Origin: an uncultured Chloracidobacterium sp.
GTDB lineage: Bacteria > Acidobacteriota > Blastocatellia > Pyrinomonadales > Pyrinomonadaceae
Reading direction: 5' to 3'
NCBI GenBank assembly: GCA_964625555.1
Contig: CAZVDM010000001.1
Location: forward strand, 13,573 to 77,572
Length of the DNA stretch: 64,000 nucleotides
Shown here: one piece after another, positions 14,725 to 23,750 of the stretch
Layout: each line of letters opens with the position of its first letter
Position numbering within the stretch: the first letter of the stretch is position 1
Notes under the pieces: model-generated
The model's input: only the letters and a program-made list of their open reading frames with translations
Told to the model about the DNA's origin: nothing
Databases searched by the model: none
Translations under genes and position numbers: made by a program

Positions 14725-15405
14725 TCACTTAAGCTTTGGTACGCAGGGGCGATCTTTCGCGGTATCGGCGAGCTCACGGGCGCGGGCATTTTGATCCGGG
14801 GTTGACGGCCCGACGACATCAATAACGCATGAACCATTAGCCGAGATCTTGCCAACCAAAAGGTTGGATTCCTGTTTATTCAGATCGACGGGATCGATGA
14901 ACTTATTGGCCCGGACAATGAAAGCGTTGGGTACACCCTTATCTCCTAATCGCCACTCCATTTTGTCGCCGACTATAAAGCCTGCCGCCGAGTTGACCGC
15001 ATCACGAAGTCCGAGATCCGTCGATTTTCCAGCAGGATCTACTAATGTCAGCTCCGCCGAATGGTCGCTTGCAGAGTGAATAACCTTGTATCCGCCGGCC
15101 CCGGGACATTCGGCCTGATAAATGACCCCTTTGCTATTTGGATTCGGCTCGGTTTTCTTGCAAGTTTTCTCGTCAAGACCTGTATATGTGCTGTTTCCCG
15201 GAGCTGCCGGACTGGAACTCGAAATTGGTGACGACGCCTGGGGCGAAGCCGCCGAAACCACATTTGCTTTTGGGGCCTCCGTTTTTGATGTGCACGCAGT
15301 AATAAAAAACGATAATGCGAACAAAATAGTGATCAATGACTTTATAACATTAACCTCCAATTCGACGATAATAGGAATCGCCCGATCTCGTGCCATCCGA
15401 AACAA
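14725..15405 (-). CDS. Lipoprotein, paralogue of the 14172-14684 product (start uncertain)
   Basis: Signal/lipobox ILFALSFFITAC, then a Ser/Pro linker, then YQAECPGAGGYK...GDKMEWR...SCVIDV...C. A TTG at 15360 is a possible alternative start, but the nearby GGAGG overlaps that codon, so it does not support the TTG. Confidence 0.55.
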   Translation of the reverse strand: MFRMARDRAIPIIVELEVNVIKSLITILFALSFFITACTSKTEAPKANVVSAASPQASSPISSSSPAAPGNSTYTGLDEKTCKKTEPNPNSKGVIYQAECPGAGGYKVIHSASDHSAELTLVDPAGKSTDLGLRDAVNSAAGFIVGDKMEWRLGDKGVPNAFIVRANKFIDPVDLNKQESNLLVGKISANGSCVIDVVGPSTPDQNARARELADTAKDRPCVPKLK

Positions 15406-15411
15406 AGCGGA

Positions 15412-16695
15412 TTAGGCTCTGTAAACTATCTTCCCGCCAACGATCGTTGCGACGGCCCTTCCATTGAATTGCCATCCGTCAAACGGCGAGTTCTTCGATT
15501 TAGAACGCGAATTCGAATTAGTGTAAGTCCAAATCAAGTCGGGGTCAATAATAGTTACATCAGCAACCGAACCGGGAGCAAGTGTACCGCGGCCGGCAAG
15601 TTTGAAAATACGGGCCGGATTTGCCGAACATAACTCGACCAGCCGTACCAGATCGATCACGCCTTTGTGAACAAGCTCGTTAAATGCGAGGCCAAGTGCA
15701 GTCTCAAGGCCTGTTATGCCCATCGGGGCCCGGTCGTACTCAAGAGCTTTTTCGTCAGCGTGATGCGGGGCGTGGTCCGTTGCAATAGCGTCAATGGTGC
15801 CGTCTTTGATTCCCTCGATGATCGCTTGCAGATGCTCTTCGGACCGAAGCGGCGGCGCCATTTTCGTATTTGTATCGTATCCCTCGACCGCACGATCCGT
15901 AAGCGTGAAGTGGTGCGGCGTGACCTCGCACGTGACGTTCAGTCCCTCCGCTTTTGCCCTCCGTACCGCGTCAACGGCACCGGCTGTCGACACATGCGCG
16001 ATGTGTACGTGCGCGCCGGTGTCGCCGGCTATGATGATGTCGCGCACGGCGTCGATGTCTTCGGCCAGGGCGGGCATTCCTTTGAGGCCGAGCAGCAGGG
16101 AAATGCGGCCCTCGTGCATCACGCCGCCGCTCGAGAGCGATTTGTCTTCGCAATGATCGATCACGGGCAAGTCAAAATCGCGTGCGTACTGCATCGCCCG
16201 GCGCATAATTCCCGCGTTCGGCACCGGACGACCGTCGTCCGAGACTGCAACAGCACCGGCTGCTTTCATTTCGCCCATCTCCGCGAGCTCGCTGCCGTCA
16301 GAAGATTTTGTAATGGCACCGATCGGAAATACGTTCGCCAGCCCGGCACGCTCGGCCTGCTCGATCATGTATCGCGTGATCGCGGCGTTGTCATTGACCG
16401 GATTGGTGTTAGGCATCGGGCAAACGGACGTCCATCCGCCCGCGACGGCCGCCGCACATCCGGAGGCGATCGTCTCTTTGTGCTCCTGTCCCGGCTCACG
16501 CAGATGCACGTGCATGTCAATGAAACCGGGGGCGACGATCAGGCCGGTCGCGTCAAAAACTTCGGCGTCTGCTGGTGCGGGATCATTCTGTCCCAGCCAA
16601 GCCGATATTTTGCCGTCTTCGATCAGGACGTTCCTGCCGCTGTTCTCATTTGCGGCCGGATCGATGAGATGGCCGTTGGTTATTACGATCTTCAT
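15412..16695 (-). CDS. pyrC: Dihydroorotase
   Basis: 427 aa with [10 protein letters not shown] and other amidohydrolase metal ligands. The length fits the class I/multifunctional complex type. Confidence 0.9.
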   Translation of the reverse strand: MKIVITNGHLIDPAANENSGRNVLIEDGKISAWLGQNDPAPADAEVFDATGLIVAPGFIDMHVHLREPGQEHKETIASGCAAAVAGGWTSVCPMPNTNPVNDNAAITRYMIEQAERAGLANVFPIGAITKSSDGSELAEMGEMKAAGAVAVSDDGRPVPNAGIMRRAMQYARDFDLPVIDHCEDKSLSSGGVMHEGRISLLLGLKGMPALAEDIDAVRDIIIAGDTGAHVHIAHVSTAGAVDAVRRAKAEGLNVTCEVTPHHFTLTDRAVEGYDTNTKMAPPLRSEEHLQAIIEGIKDGTIDAIATDHAPHHADEKALEYDRAPMGITGLETALGLAFNELVHKGVIDLVRLVELCSANPARIFKLAGRGTLAPGSVADVTIIDPDLIWTYTNSNSRSKSKNSPFDGWQFNGRAVATIVGGKIVYRA

Positions 16696-17073
16696 TATTT
16701 TCTGATTAGTTTATTACATTTTCGAACAATTTCCTGAATCCATCCGTTCAAATATTGCGGTTGGAAAACAAACACGTCTTGAAAAACGTAACAATCCTCA
16801 ATGGATCGTTCGCTCGCGAAAGAAAAATACTGACCAGAATCGAAAAATGGTCAGCAATTGAGCAACCAATTGTGAGTAGGGCGTATCAAAACAAGATGAT
16901 TGACATAACGGCCGCTTATTGTTGGCAAATTTCAGAAAAATGGAAATTATGGTTCGATTATCCAAAATTGGCAACAAATGTGGCGGATCAAAACTCGTTC
17001 GGACGATGTGCCATGGGCGAATTGATCTCGTAAATGTGTGAAAATATTGAGTCTTCAGAACGACTCGATGTTT

Positions 17074-17089
17074 TGGCGCTAGGATTGCA
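17074..17089 (+). promoter_or_regulatory. Candidate sigma-54 type promoter (TGGCGC-N5-TTGCA)
   Basis: TGGCGC TAGGA TTGCA has the correct GG-N10-GC spacing. It lies about 270 nt upstream of the TonB-dependent receptor start. This is a single motif match only. Confidence 0.35.
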
Positions 17090-17189
17090 ATGCAAAAAGA
17101 TCAAAGGCTGAAACGCAGCTTTTGGAGATCGCTTCCAATGGAAGTGGTCATATCTCGTAGGTATCAAGGGACGAGAGGAGTAGTTATAC

Positions 17190-17256
17190 ACTTAAAGCCA
17201 TCAACAGCAGGCGTTCTATCTGGACAATAATCCGCCGAACCGAGATGGCTTTAAGT
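17190..17256 (+). promoter_or_regulatory. Long stem-loop in the receptor leader
   Basis: ACTTAAAGCCATC ... GATGGCTTTAAGT forms a perfect 13-bp stem enclosing 41 nt. A second imperfect palindrome, ATGAGACTGA-A-TCAGACTCAT, follows at 17262-17282. Confidence 0.4.
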
Positions 17257-17356
17257 TGGAATGAGACTGAATCAGACTCATGGCCGTGGCACATTTAAGC
17301 GCCGCAAGCCGTAAGGAGTATAACACTTTTCGATTCCTTTGTAATTCATTAAGGAG

Positions 17357-20300
17357 TTGAAAATGAAAAGATCACTATCAATAGTCATAACCAGTTTATG
17401 TCTTTTTACGTCGTTAGTTTTCGCCCAAGACCCGTTCGGGTCGCTCGAAGGAACGGTTAGAGATCCGCAAGGAGCCGTCGTTCAAAACGCGACCGTGACC
17501 GTCCGCAATAAAGCCACAAACAGCACTAAAACGGCCGTCACTAACGAAGAGGGCCATTACCGCATCTTGCAGCTGCAGCCGGGCTTGTATGAGGTCGCGG
17601 CGTCGGGTTCGGGATTCAAAAGATCGGTGCTCGAAAGTGTGCAGGTGCAGGTCGGACAGATCGCTTCGGCGGATGTCGGCCTCGAAGTCGGAGGAACTGC
17701 GGAAACGGTAACCGTCAACGCGACTGCCGAGGCCCAGATCGAGCGAACCGACAATACCGTTTCGGGCGTCGTCAACACAAAACAGATCGAGAATTTGCCG
17801 CTTAACGGCCGCAATTTCCTCGATCTCGCACAATTACAACCGGGAACCGAAAAGGTCGATGGAGGTTCGTTCGATCCGACGAAGGCCAATTTTACGGGCG
17901 TTTCGATCGGCGGACAGGCGGGGCGTTCGACTCAGATAACGGTTGACGGCGGTTCCGTCGTTGATAATGTGGTTGGTACGACCGTTCAGAATTTCTCGCA
18001 GGAGATCGTACAGGAATTTCAGGTCGGTCTGTCGAACTTCAGCATTGCGACCGGAGCCTCGGGCAGCGGTTCGGTGAACGTCGTATCGCGGTCCGGTTCC
18101 AATCAATTCAGCGGAAATGCGTTTAGTTATTTTCGTGACGACCACTGGGCGGCGTTTCCTGCGTTGAGCCGTTTAGATTCGGCACACGGCATTCCGCTGG
18201 CGGCACAGGCCGATCGGGTCCCGTTCGATCGGCAGCAGTTTGGCGGCACTTTGGGCGGCCCGATCGTTTCGGACAAGCTGTTCTTTTTCGCAAGCTATGA
18301 GCGGAACAATCAGGACGGATCGTCACTTTTCAATCCGTTAAGGGCTCCGAGTTTTGCCGGATTTTCACCAAATCCGTTCGATGAAACGCTATTGACGGCA
18401 AAGGTCGATTGGGTCGTCAATAACCGTTCATCAGCTTTCTTCCGTTATTCATTCAACGACAACGAACTGGTCGGCCCATTCCCGCCGGGATCGGGCATCG
18501 TGCCGAGATCCAGCACGAGCGGCATCTTTCAGTCGAATGACCAGATCGTTAAGAACCGTGCCAACAATTTGGTCAGTGGTTGGAACTTCTCGATCAATCC
18601 AAATGTCAGCAACAACCTTGTCTTCAATTTCAGCAAGTTTCGAAATTCGATCGACGCGGCAACGGTCGGCATTCCTGAGATCCGTTTGAATCCGGAACAA
18701 GATTGGCGTTCGGGCACAAATGCTCTGACACCGCAGGTCACGCCGCAGACGCGTGTACAGATCCGCGAGGATCTGACCTGGCTAAAGGGCGATCACACAT
18801 TCAACTTCGGCGGAAACTGGGAAAGGACCGCGATCGGTGGCTTATTTCAGTTTGCGAGTCCGGTTCGAATTCGTTTGTTTTCTACGGACGCGGCAGGGAA
18901 TCCGCTGCCGTTCAATACCGAGGCAAATTTCCTGAACGCGTTCGTGCAGGATATTTCGATGGGTGTCGGTGATCCAAACCTGCCGTTCAATCAAGTCGGC
19001 GACACGATCAACAATCGCTTTCAATTTTACGCGGGCGATTCGTGGAAGATAACGCCGAGATTCACATTCAATTACGGCCTCTCGTATCGCTGGGATTCAA
19101 ATCTTTGGAACCACGACCTCAGCCGTCCGGCTGTGGTTGCTCCACTATTTGAAGACGGTATGGCACCGTCGGCTCGCGACGACAACAATTTCTCGCCGCG
19201 TGTCGGATTCGCATGGGACGTGATGGGCGACAGCAAGACCGTGATAAGGGGCGGATTTGGCCTCTATTACGATAACACGATCGACAATCTGCGTCTTTTC
19301 GAACGGGCCGATCTCGGGCCGGTCGGTGCGGAACAGTTCCTGGTCGGAACTGCGATCGTCAGCCCGCTGCTAAATCCATATGGCGGCGACGGACGGTTCA
19401 ACCGCGGCCAGATCACGCTTGCTCAGATGCTCGCGCTGCATCCGGCAGTGAGAGCTGATCTCGAGTCGCGTCTGACGAGCTGCAGTCTGCCGACGGCGCT
19501 CGAATGCACCGGTTCCGTATCGGGGCCGATCTTTTCGAACAGGTTCCAGGTGCCGTATTCGCTGCAATATTCGATCGGCGTTCAGCGCGAATTGCCGCTC
19601 AATCTATTGCTGCAGGTAGATTACAATTATCGAAAGGGTCTGAACGAGGTCAACGTCTTTGACATCAACCAGGCCGATTCCGTAGCCGGACCGCGGCTCG
19701 GAGCGGCATTCCCATTCCCGGTTCCGTACGCGGACTCGTCCGCATTTTCGACATATTCGGGCATTCTTGCGAGGGTCGATCGCCGGTTTAGAAACGGTTT
19801 CCAATTCACGGCGAGCTATGCGTTGTCGAGTTTCAAGGCGTTTAGCGGTGACGCACTCGGTCTCGGCGGGGCACCGACGGATCTGAACAACCTCCGTTCT
19901 GATTTCGGCCCGGCCGGACTCGACCGGAAGCATCGTTTTGTATTCAGCGGGATTTACGAGCTGCCTTTCTTTAAGAGAAGCGATTCGTGGGTCAAGAAAA
20001 ACCTGATCGGAAACTGGACGCTTTCGTTGATCTCGACTTCGTTCAGCGGAACTCCGCAGAGTGTTTTCTTGCCGGACAGCGCTGATCTAAGCGGAACAGG
20101 TACGTTTGCGACCTATTTGCCTGGAACAGGTGCCGGTTCGATCGGCCGCAATATCAGAACCGTGAGCCAGATCAACGAACTGATCAGGGCCTATAACACC
20201 ACGCGAGCAGGCGGCGTTGATCCGTTTGGAACCCCGCTCTCACGTATCGCGGAACTGCCGCTCGACACGCAGCTAGGCAGCGACTCGGTGATATCGCAGG

Positions 20301-20536
20301 ACTTTAGAGTGACCAAAAACTTTAGCTTCGGCGAGAAATATCGGGTCCAACTGATCGGCGAGGTGTTCAATATGTTCAACATTGCCAATCTGGTGAACGT
20401 CAACGATCTGGTGCTTCCGGTAGAAGGAACTCCTGCCGATCAGATCACGACGCTTCGTCCGACGCAGCGTTCGAACAGCGTTTTCGGAACCGGCGGCCCG
20501 AGAGCGTTCCAATTTGGCGCGAGATTTACATTTTAG
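17357..20536 (+). CDS. TonB-dependent receptor with N-terminal carboxypeptidase-regulatory-like domain
   Basis: Signal peptide; CarboxypepD_reg-like GTVRDPQGAVVQNATVTV...GHYRILQLQPGLYEV; plug-region motif NLPLNGRNFLDL; a 1059-aa barrel ending in FGARFTF. Confidence 0.85.
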   Translation: MKMKRSLSIVITSLCLFTSLVFAQDPFGSLEGTVRDPQGAVVQNATVTVRNKATNSTKTAVTNEEGHYRILQLQPGLYEVAASGSGFKRSVLESVQVQVGQIASADVGLEVGGTAETVTVNATAEAQIERTDNTVSGVVNTKQIENLPLNGRNFLDLAQLQPGTEKVDGGSFDPTKANFTGVSIGGQAGRSTQITVDGGSVVDNVVGTTVQNFSQEIVQEFQVGLSNFSIATGASGSGSVNVVSRSGSNQFSGNAFSYFRDDHWAAFPALSRLDSAHGIPLAAQADRVPFDRQQFGGTLGGPIVSDKLFFFASYERNNQDGSSLFNPLRAPSFAGFSPNPFDETLLTAKVDWVVNNRSSAFFRYSFNDNELVGPFPPGSGIVPRSSTSGIFQSNDQIVKNRANNLVSGWNFSINPNVSNNLVFNFSKFRNSIDAATVGIPEIRLNPEQDWRSGTNALTPQVTPQTRVQIREDLTWLKGDHTFNFGGNWERTAIGGLFQFASPVRIRLFSTDAAGNPLPFNTEANFLNAFVQDISMGVGDPNLPFNQVGDTINNRFQFYAGDSWKITPRFTFNYGLSYRWDSNLWNHDLSRPAVVAPLFEDGMAPSARDDNNFSPRVGFAWDVMGDSKTVIRGGFGLYYDNTIDNLRLFERADLGPVGAEQFLVGTAIVSPLLNPYGGDGRFNRGQITLAQMLALHPAVRADLESRLTSCSLPTALECTGSVSGPIFSNRFQVPYSLQYSIGVQRELPLNLLLQVDYNYRKGLNEVNVFDINQADSVAGPRLGAAFPFPVPYADSSAFSTYSGILARVDRRFRNGFQFTASYALSSFKAFSGDALGLGGAPTDLNNLRSDFGPAGLDRKHRFVFSGIYELPFFKRSDSWVKKNLIGNWTLSLISTSFSGTPQSVFLPDSADLSGTGTFATYLPGTGAGSIGRNIRTVSQINELIRAYNTTRAGGVDPFGTPLSRIAELPLDTQLGSDSVISQDFRVTKNFSFGEKYRVQLIGEVFNMFNIANLVNVNDLVLPVEGTPADQITTLRPTQRSNSVFGTGGPRAFQFGARFTF

Positions 20537-20562
20537 GTAGATCTATGGTGCCAGCAACCAGG

Positions 20563-20596
20563 AAACGGGCAGAAATGCCCGTTTTCTGTTTTATTT
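20563..20596 (+). terminator. Intrinsic terminator after the receptor gene
   Basis: AAACGGGC-AGAAAT-GCCCGTTT followed by TCTGTTTTATTT. Confidence 0.7.
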
Positions 20597-20604
20597 GACT
20601 CGTG

Positions 20605-21552
20605 CTAATTGGCAGACGGCGATCCGCCGGTGGCGAGATAGAGTACTGCCATTCGTACCGCGACACCGTATTTTACCTGATCCAAAATCAGTGAGCGTGA
20701 ACTGTCGGCAACTTCGGAGGCGATCTCGATCCCGCGATTCATCGGGCCGGGGTGCAGGACGATCGCGTCCTTTTTGGCAAGGTCGAGGCGATCATTGGTC
20801 AGCCCGTAATGGATCGAATATTCACGCAGCGATGGGAAATACGCAGCGTCCTGCCGCTCACGTTGGATACGGAGGATCATGACGACGTCGGCGCCCTCTA
20901 TCGCATCTTCGACGTGCGGGCAAACCTCGAGATCGTGATCGACCAAGTGTTGAAAGTCGCCGGGAACAAGTGTGCCGGGACCGGCAACTCGCACTTTTGC
21001 TCCCATTTTCGTAAGCAGATGAATATTTGATCGTGCGACGCGACTATGGAGGATGTCACCGACTATCGCAACCTCGAGGCCCGCGATCTGCTTTTTGTGT
21101 TCGCGGATAGTCATAGCGTCCAGCAGGGCTTGTGTCGGATGTTCGTTCGCTCCGTCACCGGCGTTTACGATCGCGGCTTTGCTTACCTTGGCAAGCTGAT
21201 GCGGTACGCCGGCACTCGAATGGCGGACGACTATGCAGTCCGGTGCCATGGCGTCGAGGTTCATCGCCGTGTCGAGCAGCGTTTCGCCTTTGCTGACACT
21301 TGATGAAGAAACGCTTATGTTGACAGCGTCGGCAGAGAGCCGCTTGGCGGCAAGTTCAAATGATGTGCGTGTGCGGGTCGAGGCTTCGAAGAAAAGATTG
21401 ATCACGGTCTTTCCGCGGAGAGCAGGGACCTTTTTTACCTCTCTGGTCGAAATTTCGCTAAAGTTCTCAGCCGTGTCCAGAATGCCTACGATCTCCGCAG
21501 ACGTAAGGTCGCGGATTCCAAGTAGATCTCTGCGTCTGAACGGTTTGTCCAT
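20605..21552 (-). CDS. pyrB: Aspartate carbamoyltransferase catalytic subunit
   Basis: Contains STRTR, HPTQ and HPGP motifs. The ATG at 21552 ([12 protein letters not shown]) is preferred over the TTG at 21561. Confidence 0.9.
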   Translation of the reverse strand: MDKPFRRRDLLGIRDLTSAEIVGILDTAENFSEISTREVKKVPALRGKTVINLFFEASTRTRTSFELAAKRLSADAVNISVSSSSVSKGETLLDTAMNLDAMAPDCIVVRHSSAGVPHQLAKVSKAAIVNAGDGANEHPTQALLDAMTIREHKKQIAGLEVAIVGDILHSRVARSNIHLLTKMGAKVRVAGPGTLVPGDFQHLVDHDLEVCPHVEDAIEGADVVMILRIQRERQDAAYFPSLREYSIHYGLTNDRLDLAKKDAIVLHPGPMNRGIEIASEVADSSRSLILDQVKYGVAVRMAVLYLATGGSPSAN

Positions 21553-21564
21553 TCTAAACAATAG

Positions 21565-21596
21565 GCGAAAAAAAACAGGCCATACAGCCTGTTTTA
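21565..21596 (-). terminator. Intrinsic terminator/attenuator between pyrR and pyrB
   Basis: The minus strand reads AAAACAGGC-UGUAUG-GCCUGUUUU followed by further U residues. It starts at the pyrR stop codon and ends about 12 nt before the pyrB ATG. Confidence 0.6.
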
Positions 21597-22157
21597 CGGT
21601 CTTTCAAAAATGCCAACGGCCTCGACATCGTCAAATTCTTTCAGCATCACCTTTATTATCTCGGTCTGCTTGGTCGGCACTAGTTTGCCGATAAAGTCAG
21701 CCTGGATCGGCAATTCGCGGTGTTCGCGTCCGCGATCGATAAGGACGGCGAGCTGTACTTTTCGCGGGCGGCCAAAATCCATAAGCTGGTCCATCGCTGC
21801 GCGGATCGTGCGGCCGGTGTAGAGCACATCGTCGACGAGAACAATGATCTTATCGTCGATGTCATGGTCCAATTCGGTTCGATTGACGATCGGATTTGCA
21901 CCGACGGTGGAAAGGTCGTCGCGATATAGTGTGATGTCGAGAATGCCGTAGAGCGGCCGTTCGCCTTCGATGGCTTCGATCTTTTCCACGATCTTTTCGG
22001 CAAGCGGCACGCCGCGTCGGCGAACGCCGACAATGTAGAGATCTTTTGCCCCATGATTTGTTTCGACGATCTCAGTCGAGAGCCGCCTCAATGCGCGCTT
22101 CATCGCGGCGGAATCCATGATCCGAGACTTTTCTACCAGTTTGATATCGTCACCCAT
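21594..22157 (-). CDS. pyrR: Bifunctional pyrimidine operon regulator/uracil phosphoribosyltransferase
   Basis: 187 aa with the PRPP-binding motif [18 protein letters not shown] and a PyrR-like N-terminus. Confidence 0.9.
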   Translation of the reverse strand: MGDDIKLVEKSRIMDSAAMKRALRRLSTEIVETNHGAKDLYIVGVRRRGVPLAEKIVEKIEAIEGERPLYGILDITLYRDDLSTVGANPIVNRTELDHDIDDKIIVLVDDVLYTGRTIRAAMDQLMDFGRPRKVQLAVLIDRGREHRELPIQADFIGKLVPTKQTEIIKVMLKEFDDVEAVGIFERP

Positions 22158-22255
22158 TTGCTAGCAAATCGTAACAAAGGTGCGGGTAAAGTTCAAAGTT
22201 TCGACTTCGAAGTTTTGATAATCGGCCGCTTCAACTAAAATCAAACACGAACACG

Positions 22256-23329
22256 ATGTCAAAACTCTGGGAAAACCTGATCAGACCGGCCTTGTTTCGT
22301 CTCGATGCCGAACGAGCGCACGAACTTGGCATAAAGGCGATGGAACTTGGATTGTCATCCATTTTTGCTTCATCGAGTGATGGAACGGCGATCGGCGGGG
22401 TCGAGCGGTTTGGATTGAAATTCGCGAATCCGCTCGGAATCGCCGCCGGTTTCGATAAGAACGGACTCGTTGTTAATCGCCTTGCGTCGCTTGGATTTGG
22501 ATTTGTCGAGGTCGGCACGGTCACGCTTGAGCCGCAGACCGGTAATCCAAAGCCGCGAATGTTTCGGCTTCCGGAAGATCAGGCCTTGATAAACCGGCTC
22601 GGATTTAACAATGACGGTGCCGCGGTTGTCGCCGACCGCCTGCGAGCTATCGATCGAAAGTGTGTTGTCGGCGTAAATATTGGCAAAAACAAAGATGTGC
22701 CGAACGAAGAAGCGACCGAAAACTACTTAAAGTGTTTTGACATCGTTCAACCGGTTGCGGATTACGTTGCAGTAAATATTTCATCTCCAAACACACCAAA
22801 TCTGCGGGAATTGCAGAAAGCGGAGAGTTTGGACGAATTGCTCGGTGCTCTGCAAGATCGAAATCAAGAGCTTGGTGAAAAGCCGCTTCTTGTAAAGATC
22901 GCACCTGATCTAAGCGAAGCCGAGATCGAATCGATCGTCGATATTGCTCTCAGATATGACCTCGCCGGAATGATAGCAACTAACACGACCGTATCCCGTG
23001 ACGGTCTGAAAACAAAGAACATTGACGGCATCGGAGCAGGCGGACTGAGTGGAAAGCCGCTAACCGACCGTTCGACCGATGTAGTTTCAACAATTCACCG
23101 TCATTCTAAGGGCAAACTGCCGATCATTGGCGTCGGTGGTATTTTTAGCGCAGAAGATGCCTTTGAAAAGATCGCCGCAGGTGCGAGCTTGCTCCAAGTG
23201 TATACCGGATTTGTATATGGCGGGCCGACATTTGCGGTCGAGATCAACCGGGGGTTAGCGGCAATCTTGGAAAAGCGCGGCTTTGCTTCTCTCGATGAAG
23301 CGAGCGGTTCAGGCGTGTCGCATACATAA
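22256..23329 (+). CDS. pyrD: Dihydroorotate dehydrogenase (quinone), class 2
   Basis: 357 aa with an N-terminal membrane-association helix. Contains the GFVEVGTVT and GGLSG motifs. Confidence 0.9.
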   Translation: MSKLWENLIRPALFRLDAERAHELGIKAMELGLSSIFASSSDGTAIGGVERFGLKFANPLGIAAGFDKNGLVVNRLASLGFGFVEVGTVTLEPQTGNPKPRMFRLPEDQALINRLGFNNDGAAVVADRLRAIDRKCVVGVNIGKNKDVPNEEATENYLKCFDIVQPVADYVAVNISSPNTPNLRELQKAESLDELLGALQDRNQELGEKPLLVKIAPDLSEAEIESIVDIALRYDLAGMIATNTTVSRDGLKTKNIDGIGAGGLSGKPLTDRSTDVVSTIHRHSKGKLPIIGVGGIFSAEDAFEKIAAGASLLQVYTGFVYGGPTFAVEINRGLAAILEKRGFASLDEASGSGVSHT

Positions 23330-23334
23330 AACAA

Positions 23335-23363
23335 TTGACTATAATCGCAACATATTGTAAAAT
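23335..23363 (+). promoter_or_regulatory. Near-consensus sigma-70 promoter with no obvious gene
   Basis: TTGACT, a 17-nt spacer, then TAAAAT, immediately after the pyrD stop. It points into the 9-mer array. Confidence 0.35.
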
Positions 23364-23417
23364 TTGTGATATGAGCAGGGCCTTCAACTCAATTTCTATG
23401 CCGCCACCGCCATGCCC

Positions 23418-23480
23418 TAAGTGGACACGCAGGACGGCATGTACAGAGTGTACATTGTGGACACCCGGGACAGTGTGGAC
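23418..23480. repeat. Tandem 9-mer array (7 units ending in GAC/TAC)
   Basis: AAGTGGAC ACGCAGGAC GGCATGTAC AGAGTGTAC ATTGTGGAC ACCCGGGAC AGTGTGGAC. The unit ends fall at 23426, 35, 44, 53, 62, 71 and 80. Confidence 0.65.
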
Positions 23481-23676
23481 AGTTGACGGATCCGAAAACG
23501 GACCGGCTCGACGGTCTAAGCAATTGAATCTCAATGGTTTATCGCCCCCGACTAGTTGAAAATGTTGTAACACACTGTAATACAGCGAACAGTTCGGTCG
23601 GTATTTGTTTTGATCTGAAAGGCGACTAATGGGCATCGAGTCAGTGTTCACATGCCGCCATTCCAAAGCTATTTGT

Positions 23677-23704
23677 TTGACAGTGAACCTTGAAAGGCTA
23701 TAAT
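23677..23704 (+). promoter_or_regulatory. Consensus sigma-70 promoter for the yceD-rpmF-fab operon
   Basis: TTGACA, a 16-nt spacer, then TATAAT, 47 nt upstream of the yceD start. Confidence 0.55.
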
Positions 23705-23750
23705 AAACGTTTGCTTTCTGCTTGGTGGAAAGCTGATATTTGCACTACGG

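Noticed and set aside
15667-16737. 356-aa plus-strand ORF
   Set aside because: It is entirely antisense to the confidently recognised pyrC. Its Arg/Cys/His-rich composition is typical of antisense frames in GC-rich coding DNA.
16755-17033. 92-aa ORF with a TTG start in the receptor leader
   Set aside because: It has no RBS, a non-ATG start and odd composition, and it lies in an AT-rich non-coding-looking stretch.
17160-17260. TPP or cobalamin riboswitch ahead of the TonB-dependent receptor
   Set aside because: ATCTGGACAATAATCCGCC faintly resembles the TPP ...AUCUGGAUAAUGCCAGCG segment. However, the CUGAGA element and the other conserved helices are missing, and no B12-box was seen.
22158-22255. 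PyrR-binding loop (ARUCCAGAGAGGCU-like) upstream of pyrR or in the pyrR-pyrB junction
   Set aside because: The motif was not found on the coding strand in either place. Only the terminator hairpin is reported.
23244-23666. 140-aa minus-strand ORF and 74-aa plus-strand ORF (23335-23559) in the pyrD-yceD spacer
   Set aside because: Both are read-through of the 9-mer array (VHxVH and Cys/Thr-rich strings). Neither has an RBS.
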